A stretch of 64,000 bases of DNA from assembly GCA_033764015.1 (NCBI GenBank), contig JANRJK010000014.1, forward strand, positions 99,244-163,243, read 5' to 3'. The notes beneath the pieces were generated by a model. It did no database searches. It was not told where the DNA came from and saw nothing but the letters and a program-made list of their open reading frames with translations. Shown one piece after another: positions 57,601 to 64,000 of this stretch (position 1 is its first letter; every line of letters begins with the position of its first letter). The DNA is from Candidatus Sumerlaeia bacterium. GTDB lineage: Bacteria; Sumerlaeota; Sumerlaeia; SLMS01; JANRJK01. Position numbers and translations under genes: made by a program.

Positions 57601-57690
57601 TCAGCGGCGCTGGAAACGCATGCGCTTGCGCAGCTTCTTGTACTTGTGCTTGCGAATCTTCTTCCGGCGCTTCTTGATCACGCTACCCAT
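57601..57690 (-). CDS. 29-aa basic protein, bS22 / AURKAIP1-COX24 (mS38) type
   Basis: Not in the ORF track. MGSVIKKRRKKIRKHKYKKLRKRMRFQRR; AAGGAG upstream, terminator downstream. Confidence 0.9.
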   Translation of the reverse strand: MGSVIKKRRKKIRKHKYKKLRKRMRFQRR

Positions 57691-57790
57691 AAGGGGCACC
57701 TGCTCCTTTCCGCTTCCCGGCAGGGAAGTTCTTTCGCCAAAATCGGACGCGCTTTAGACGCGAACCGGAAAGTTACCCCCGAGGTCCCCC

Positions 57791-59374
57791 ATGAAACAAG
57801 AGCAAAAGCGCGTCCTCGCCGCCGCCGGAGCCGCCGCCGCGGTCCTCCTCGCCGCGCACGCCCCGGCCGCCGAGACGCGCACGGCCCCCGTATCCAAGGA
57901 GCCCATCGTCCTGTCCATCGAGGCCGACGCCCAGAAGCTCGACCCGCCCGCGCCCACCGACGGGCCGTCGTTCCTACTCATCGAGCACCTCTACGACCGC
58001 CTCGTCGAGTTCAGCGACACCGACACCACCGTGGTACCCGGCCTCGCGGAGCGCTGGGAAACCTCCGAGGACGGCCTGCGCTGGACGTTCCACCTGCGCA
58101 AGGGCGTGACGTTCTCCGACGGCTCGCCGATGAACGCCGAGGCGGTTAAGTACACCTTCGACCGCGTGACGGACGATACGCACCCGGAGCACTTCCCCGG
58201 CCTCTCCTGGGGGAGCGGCTACCTGCTGGGCGACTGGTACGAGCGCATGGAGATCCTGGACGACCACACGGTGCTGTTCGTCCTGAACCGTCCCTACGTG
58301 CCGCTGCTGCAATCGCTCGCGATCCCGCCGGCCTCGATCGTGTCGCCGGCGCACACGAAGGCGACCGGCGAGGCGGTGGTCGGCAACCCGCTCGGCACCG
58401 GGCCGTACACGCTGGCGGAATGGAAGCGCGGCGCGTACCTCAAGCTGTCGGCCCGCAAGGACTACTGGGGCGGGCACCCGGCCAACGAGACCCTGTTCTT
58501 CCAGGTGCAGCCGGACCCGTCGCAGGCGCTCTCCGCGCTGCGCACCGGCGACGCGCACCTGGTCACCACGGTGAAGCCGCAGGCGATCGGCGACAAGCGG
58601 CGCTACCGCGACGCGGAGTTCATCGAGGTGCCGGTGTTCTCGCTCGGCTACGTGCTGATCAACACGAAGAAGCCGCACCTCGCCGACGTGCGCGTGCGCC
58701 AGGCGATGAACTACGCGGTGGACCGCGAGAACATCGCGTCGGTGCTGATGGAGGGCACCTCGATCGCCGCGAAGGGAATCACGCCGCCGGGGATGCTGGG
58801 GTACTCGGAGACGCCGGAGTTCATGTACACGCACGACGTCGAGAAGGCGCGCGCGCTCATGCGCGAGGCGGGCTATTCGGAGGAGAAGAAGCTGAAGGTG
58901 AAGTTCCACTGCTTCGAGGAGGTGCGCCCCTACAACACCGTCGGACGGCGCAAGGCGGAGCGCATCGCGTCGATGCTCGGCGAGGCGTACTTCGACGTCG
59001 AGCTGGTGCAGATCGACTTCCGCGGATTCATCGAGTTCATCGACCAGCGCACGGAGCACGAGCTCGGCACCATCGGCTGGTCCAGCGACACCGGCGACCC
59101 GGACAACTTCCTCTACTACCTGTTCGGCAACCCGACGAACCGGTCGAACTTCGACCATCCGGAGGCGCGGGAGCTGATGGAGAAGGCGGTCAGCGAGATG
59201 GACACGGAGAAGCGCGCGGAGATGTACCGGCGCGCGGAGCGCCTGGTGCTCGAGGGCGCGCCCTGCATCGCCGTGAACCACCCGAAGTGGGTGAAGGGCG
59301 CCAGCACGCGGCTGAAGGGCTACAAGCCGCACCCGGTGGCCGGCGACCGCATGTTCGACGCGTACCTGGAGTAG
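57791..59374 (+). CDS. ABC substrate-binding protein family 5 (DppA-like)
   Basis: Signal peptide; LYDRLVEF, PGLAERWE, FHLRKGVTFSDG, GTGPY, DVRVRQAMNYAVDRE, GDPDNFL. Confidence 0.93.
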   Translation: MKQEQKRVLAAAGAAAAVLLAAHAPAAETRTAPVSKEPIVLSIEADAQKLDPPAPTDGPSFLLIEHLYDRLVEFSDTDTTVVPGLAERWETSEDGLRWTFHLRKGVTFSDGSPMNAEAVKYTFDRVTDDTHPEHFPGLSWGSGYLLGDWYERMEILDDHTVLFVLNRPYVPLLQSLAIPPASIVSPAHTKATGEAVVGNPLGTGPYTLAEWKRGAYLKLSARKDYWGGHPANETLFFQVQPDPSQALSALRTGDAHLVTTVKPQAIGDKRRYRDAEFIEVPVFSLGYVLINTKKPHLADVRVRQAMNYAVDRENIASVLMEGTSIAAKGITPPGMLGYSETPEFMYTHDVEKARALMREAGYSEEKKLKVKFHCFEEVRPYNTVGRRKAERIASMLGEAYFDVELVQIDFRGFIEFIDQRTEHELGTIGWSSDTGDPDNFLYYLFGNPTNRSNFDHPEARELMEKAVSEMDTEKRAEMYRRAERLVLEGAPCIAVNHPKWVKGASTRLKGYKPHPVAGDRMFDAYLE

Positions 59375-59420
59375 TCGGCGAAGCGCGGGGGGTGGGCGCG
59401 GGCGCCCGCTTCCCCGCGGG

Positions 59421-60197
59421 TCATGGCGCCTCGGCGTGGGCGCGCCCGACGGATTCCCAGAGCGCCGCGAGCCCGCGCAGCGTGAGCTCCGCGTCGACCC
59501 GGTGCGGTAGCCGGAAGGACGGCGCGAGGTCCTGCGCGAGCCCTCCGGTCAGGTGGAGCGGCGTCGATCCCACCCCGAGCGCGCGCCACACGTCGGCGAC
59601 GATGCCTTCGACCGCGCGGAGGTGGCCCTGCCACCCGCCGAGCGCGAGGCACTCGGCGGTGGAGTGGCCGATCGCGGGCGCAGGGTCGCCGGGCTCCGGA
59701 ATCGGGAGGCGTCCGGCGGTCCGCTCGCGCAGGGCTTCGAGGGCGACGCGGGCCCCGGGCAGGATCGCGCCGCCGAGGAAGTCGCCCTCGGGCCCGAGCA
59801 CATCGATGTTGGTCGCGGTGCCGAAGTCCACCGCGACCGCCGGCCCGCCGCCGAACGAGCGCATCGCGGCGATATTGGCGATGCGGTCCGCGCCGGTCCG
59901 GGCGCCGGGCGTGTAGTGGATGCGGAAGGGCAGCGGCCCGTCGTGGTCGACGAAGAACACGCGGGGGCAGCCGAGCCGCCGGAGCCGTTCGCGCACGGAG
60001 CCTCGCCACGCCTCGCGTCCGATCGCGAGGCAGGCTCCCTCGGCGAACGGGGCCTGCGATTCGAGCCATTCGTCGAGGGCCGAGCGGGGATCGCCGAGCT
60101 GCGAGCTGGGGCCGATGTGCGCGGGGCCGGGGCGGCCCTGCCGCGCGGCGCAGGCGCGCAGCGTGGTGTTGCCGGCGTCGACCAGGAGGAGCCTCAA
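59421..60197 (-). CDS. coaX: Type III pantothenate kinase
   Basis: VDAGNT, GADR, VDFGTAT, FLGGAILPG, TGG, LTLRGL. Confidence 0.92.
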   Translation of the reverse strand: MRLLLVDAGNTTLRACAARQGRPGPAHIGPSSQLGDPRSALDEWLESQAPFAEGACLAIGREAWRGSVRERLRRLGCPRVFFVDHDGPLPFRIHYTPGARTGADRIANIAAMRSFGGGPAVAVDFGTATNIDVLGPEGDFLGGAILPGARVALEALRERTAGRLPIPEPGDPAPAIGHSTAECLALGGWQGHLRAVEGIVADVWRALGVGSTPLHLTGGLAQDLAPSFRLPHRVDAELTLRGLAALWESVGRAHAEAP

Positions 60198-60213
60198 CGC
60201 GGTGGGCCGGGGC

Positions 60214-62247
60214 TTAGCGGCGCGGCTCGGCGGCGAGCAGGCGCTTGCCGGGGACGGCGCGCCCGATCCCGCGGGTGGCGTCCACGGCGACCGTGCCGTT
60301 CAGGACGACCAGGCGGGGCGCGACGCCGATGTAGGCGGACTCGCTCCACTGGGCGCCGTCGACGCGCGGGAATCCCGCGAGGTCCGCGACCGCCTCGCGC
60401 TCGACGACGCCGCGCTGGGCGAGTTGGAGCGAACCGGCCGGGCGCCGCGTGAGCATCGTGATGGTGGCGGCGAGGGCGCTCGGGTGGCTGCCCTTCGTCG
60501 CGCGCAGCACCTGGCCGAGGAAGTCCGGCGGCACCGGGCCCGGCTCGAGGCCGCAGACGTCGACCAGCACTGGCAGGTCGGTGAAGACGCCGTCGCGCCC
60601 GTCGCAGCAGAGCGACACCTGGCCCGGGTGGCGGAGGAAGTCGCTGCAGAACTGGCGCACGGCGCGCTCGTCGATGGGGCGGCGCGGCGTCGCCTCGGAG
60701 CGGCGCGAAAGGTGGATCCGCACCTGCGCGCTGGAGGGCGACGGCGAGGGGATGTAGAACAGGTCGAGGCCGACGCGGTCCTCGATCGCCGAATCGGGCG
60801 GGAGCATGCCCGCGGGGTGGAAGAGCTGGATCAAGCGGAGGAGCGAGGCGCGGTCGATCGTGAGGCCGCGGACGAGGTAGCCCGCTAGGTCCGTCAGGCC
60901 GTGGCGCGCCCGCACGAGGTCGAGGTCCTCGACCAGTTCGAAGGCGACCACGTTTGGCGAGACGTCGAGGGCGGCCGCTTCGTTGCGCCACTCGTAGCGG
61001 GCCTCCTCCGTGGGGAAGGGCCCGGCTCCGACGGCGACGGTGGTGATGCCCGCGCGGAGGAGCTGCATCGCGGCCTCGGCGCCCTCGCGCCCGTCGAGCC
61101 GCAGCCAGGGGGCGAAGAGCACCAGCCCCGGCGTGAGGAGCAGTTCGGACGCGTCGACGGTTTCCTTGCCGCGCGTGTCCTCGAGGTCGCCGATGGAGAC
61201 GATGCGGCCGACGGGGCGGACGAAGCGCTTCGGGGGCTCGGCGGTGTCGATGCGGTCGATGTGGAGGTCGGCGCGGAAGTGCGGGTGGCCGCTGCCCGCC
61301 TGCACATAGCCGTTCCGCACCAGGAGGTCCGCCCAGCGCCCGTCGCTATCGAGCGGGATCGCTTCGTAGGCGGCCGGATCCGGGGGCGCGTCCTCCCCCG
61401 CCGCCACGGCGTGGAGGCCCTTGAGGAACGCGAGGGCGAACAGGCGCCGCACGAAGTCGTCGCCGCCCTTGTCGTCGAACCAGCCGCCCGCCTCGATCAG
61501 GATCGAGGAGACGCCCCAGCGCATCATCGAGTCGCCGAAGGCGCGGTGCATGTAGTCCGCCCGGTAGCGCGCGAGGTTCTCCGGCGCCCAGGGGCGGCAC
61601 GCCTCCGCCATGCGCACCACGACCTGCTTCGCCTTCAACCGCGTCGCGTTGTCGGTGTCGCCCTCCTCGAAGGGGCCGGCTTGGAAGGCGAGCGAGACGA
61701 GGTGGCCGTCCGCGCGCGACTTCCGCGGGCTCATGTCGTGCAGGTTGAAGCAGAACTCCGGGTCGAAGGACTCCTTGAGCGCGTAGAGCGCGCGCGCCTC
61801 CGGCGTCGACAGCGCGACGGCGTCGCGGTTCAGGTCGATCCCCTGGGCGTTCTCGCGGGTGAACCGCGCCACGCCGTCGGGGTTGACCATCGGGAAGACG
61901 AGGAAGGAGAGCCGTTCGAGCAGGAACTCCGCGACCGGGTCCCCGGAGCGGTGCAGGATGGCGTCGAGGGCGAGCGCGAGCCCCGCCTGGCAGTCGGGCT
62001 CGTTGCCGTGCTGCCGCGCCCAGACGAGCACCCGGCGCCCGGCGGGGTTGCCGAAGGCGAGCGTCCACAAGGCGCGGCCCTCGTCGCTGGAACCCACGGC
62101 GCGAAGCTGCACGGGGGCGGACGCGGAGCGCGCCAACTCGTGCAGGAAGGTGCCGAGCTGCCGGTGGCGGAATTCCGTCCACGGCTCGGCGAAGAGCCGC
62201 GACGGGTCGAGGGAGGCCCAGGTAGCTTCGGCGGGAAACACAATCAT
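60214..62247 (-). CDS. M14 zinc carboxypeptidase fused to a degenerate amidohydrolase-like domain
   Basis: QHGNEP, NPDG, RENAQGIDLNRD, NLHD, LIEAGG; C-terminal half has amidohydrolase sandwich-like segments. Confidence 0.82.
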   Translation of the reverse strand: MIVFPAEATWASLDPSRLFAEPWTEFRHRQLGTFLHELARSASAPVQLRAVGSSDEGRALWTLAFGNPAGRRVLVWARQHGNEPDCQAGLALALDAILHRSGDPVAEFLLERLSFLVFPMVNPDGVARFTRENAQGIDLNRDAVALSTPEARALYALKESFDPEFCFNLHDMSPRKSRADGHLVSLAFQAGPFEEGDTDNATRLKAKQVVVRMAEACRPWAPENLARYRADYMHRAFGDSMMRWGVSSILIEAGGWFDDKGGDDFVRRLFALAFLKGLHAVAAGEDAPPDPAAYEAIPLDSDGRWADLLVRNGYVQAGSGHPHFRADLHIDRIDTAEPPKRFVRPVGRIVSIGDLEDTRGKETVDASELLLTPGLVLFAPWLRLDGREGAEAAMQLLRAGITTVAVGAGPFPTEEARYEWRNEAAALDVSPNVVAFELVEDLDLVRARHGLTDLAGYLVRGLTIDRASLLRLIQLFHPAGMLPPDSAIEDRVGLDLFYIPSPSPSSAQVRIHLSRRSEATPRRPIDERAVRQFCSDFLRHPGQVSLCCDGRDGVFTDLPVLVDVCGLEPGPVPPDFLGQVLRATKGSHPSALAATITMLTRRPAGSLQLAQRGVVEREAVADLAGFPRVDGAQWSESAYIGVAPRLVVLNGTVAVDATRGIGRAVPGKRLLAAEPRR

Positions 62248-62366
62248 GCCCGGAGCGTGGGCCGGGAAGCGGACCGGCGCAAGCGCGAGCGCGGCGGAAA
62301 CCGGTTGACGGGCGGCCGGCTCGGCCGTTGTCTCACCATTCAAGAATCCAACCCGACGGGGTCGCC

Positions 62367-63200
62367 ATGAGCCTTCGCATCGCACTTGCCGCCGCGCTGC
62401 TTGCCGCGGGAGCCGCCCATGCCGCTTCTCCGCTGGGCGTCGCGCGCTCGACCGAGTCCTTCCAGATCACCCGCGCCACTGGATTCTCCGATGCCGGGGC
62501 GATGTCCGCGCTCGTGATGGGCGGAGACCGGATCGAGACCGGCGACGCCGCGGTGCGCTACCAGGCGAACGGCGGACCGGCGATGCTCATGGACCGCTCG
62601 ACGGTGGTCGCCTTCACCGAGGACGGCGCCGCGCGCCTCGAGCAGGGCCAGCTCGCCGTCTCGATGCCCGAGGGTTCCCGCCTCGCCGTGCTGACGGACG
62701 ATTTGTCCATTACGCCCGCCGCGGAACAGGACGGCACTATGCCCGGCGTTCCCGCCGTGGCGGTCGCAGCCCCCGCGGAAGGCGAAGTGCTGCTGAGCGG
62801 CATCGCCCAGCGCTTCGAGGTGCGCCAGCTCCCCGAGGGCAACCAGGTCGCGATGGTCGGCCCGGGCGACACGCTCCAGCTCTTCCGCAACAGCGTCGGC
62901 GATTGGGTTCCGCGCATGCCCTCGATCCAGACCCCGGACGGCCCCACTCCCGCCGGCCCGGCGTCGGAGGAAGACAAGGAATTGGACCGCCGCAAGGGCG
63001 GTTGGCGCTGGTGGGGCACCGCCGCCGCAGCCGGCGCCGCCGTCGCAGTTGTGGGCCTCGGCTACTTGGCGGTCGATGAACTCGTGATCAGCGACGACGG
63101 AGACAAGAACGACGACGACGAGAGCGAAGCCGGGCGTCCGAACGTGAGCGGCATCCGTCCGCCGCAGGAAGAAGCAAGGGCCCGCGCGCTTTACGAGTGA
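62367..63200 (+). CDS. Exported protein with a FecR-like beta domain and a C-terminal TM
   Basis: Signal peptide ending AHA/A; GDRIETG...RLEQGQL pattern; hydrophobic segment near the C-terminus. Confidence 0.65.
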   Translation: MSLRIALAAALLAAGAAHAASPLGVARSTESFQITRATGFSDAGAMSALVMGGDRIETGDAAVRYQANGGPAMLMDRSTVVAFTEDGAARLEQGQLAVSMPEGSRLAVLTDDLSITPAAEQDGTMPGVPAVAVAAPAEGEVLLSGIAQRFEVRQLPEGNQVAMVGPGDTLQLFRNSVGDWVPRMPSIQTPDGPTPAGPASEEDKELDRRKGGWRWWGTAAAAGAAVAVVGLGYLAVDELVISDDGDKNDDDESEAGRPNVSGIRPPQEEARARALYE

Positions 63201-63260
63201 GCGGGGTTTACTGCGGGACAGTTCCCAGCCCGACCTGATACAATTGCTGCAAGAAAACGA

Positions 63261-63295
63261 AACCGCGCCGGGAGCGTAGGGCTCCCGGCGCGGTT
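63261..63295. terminator. Bidirectional terminator
   Basis: 15-bp stem AACCGCGCCGGGAGC / GCTCCCGGCGCGGTT with T-rich tails on both strands, between convergent genes. Confidence 0.8.
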
Positions 63296-63320
63296 CTGTT
63301 TGCTGCGGAGTGGCGCTGCG

Positions 63321-64000
63321 TTACTGAGCGATTTCGATGTCCAAACGCGCGCGGTTCGTGCCCGAAGCGTTGCCGGTATAGAACCGGAACGTGTCCTTCG
63401 TCGCGTTGTCGGAATCCGCGTTCTCGAAGCGGAGGCGGAACTGCGTCGGCCCGAGGCGGTTCAGCGCGGCGAGGGCCTCCGTGCTGAGCGGCCAGCAGGC
63501 CGTCTCGCCGTTCGCCGTCGGCAGCACCGGCGCCGAAGCGGTGGCGTCCGTGATCCACGCGTACGACTCGAAGTCCTCGCGCTCGAGGCCCGCGGTCGGA
63601 CCGAAGAACGCCGCCTGGTTCGGGCAGAGCATCTCGACGTACACACGGCCGAGCGTCGACGGGTCGCCCGCGAACGATTCGCGCGTGATGCAGAGAGACG
63701 CGCTGGTCACTTCCGGGGCGCCATAGCTGTCGAGCGCGAACGTGTCGAAGGAGAGGAGCGCCTTCACCTGCTGGTTCGTCGGCAGGTCGCCGAACTCCGC
63801 GACAGCGTTCGCGTTGTCGGTGAGGAGGCCCACGCCGGAGTTGGGGGTGTACTCGATCACCTGACCGTCGGCGCCGGAGAGCGAGTACAGCGGATCGAGC
63901 AGCAGCGGCGAGCCGCCGGTCGACGGGTTCAGGCCGCAGCCGTTCGTGGTCGCGAGGTCGTACTCGACGACGAGGTCGGAACGCTCGTGCCGGTTCGACG
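63321..64000 (-). CDS. C-terminal part of a probable exported protein (DNRLRE/CBM96-like beta domain); starts off the right edge
   Basis: Frame open to the window edge; KALLSFDT...VTSASL...GPTQFRLRF...RARLDIE pattern. Confidence 0.65.
   Translation of the reverse strand, partial: SNRHERSDLVVEYDLATTNGCGLNPSTGGSPLLLDPLYSLSGADGQVIEYTPNSGVGLLTDNANAVAEFGDLPTNQQVKALLSFDTFALDSYGAPEVTSASLCITRESFAGDPSTLGRVYVEMLCPNQAAFFGPTAGLEREDFESYAWITDATASAPVLPTANGETACWPLSTEALAALNRLGPTQFRLRFENADSDNATKDTFRFYTGNASGTNRARLDIEIAQ

Noticed and set aside
4245..63295. Intergenic hairpins as one REP-like family
   Set aside because: The stems share no common sequence; they are better explained as individual terminators or stabilisers

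Overview
Very GC-rich chromosomal window from a diderm bacterium (secretin, LptF/G-type permease); the protein repertoire looks PVC/Sumerlaeota-like, which is an inference only. Left to right: partial uvrB, def, metallophosphoesterase-ribH-rbfA; a complete 13-gene Tad/Flp pilus locus (4.3-16.7 kb, minus strand) with two unusually long 120-aa Flp pilins that both keep a D-x-N-x-S/T sequon; a co-oriented GT4/TPR/O-antigen-ligase-like trio; an RsbU-RsbV-RsbW-histidine kinase module; several GT-C-type membrane glycosyltransferases; lepA; a TPR Ser/Thr kinase with an altered catalytic loop; an ABC-2 exporter; an AT-richer islet (48.1-51.3 kb) of orphan exported proteins with two copies of a 70-bp direct repeat and a Cys-rich gene with a stop at codon 2; M28 peptidase; a carboxyltransferase without a biotin domain; DUF503; a 29-aa bS22-like gene missed by the ORF track; DppA-like SBP; coaX; an M14/amidohydrolase-like fusion; and a partial exported protein. 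No tRNA, rRNA, CRISPR array, integrase or transposase was seen. Family calls come from motif recognition by eye, with no database searches.
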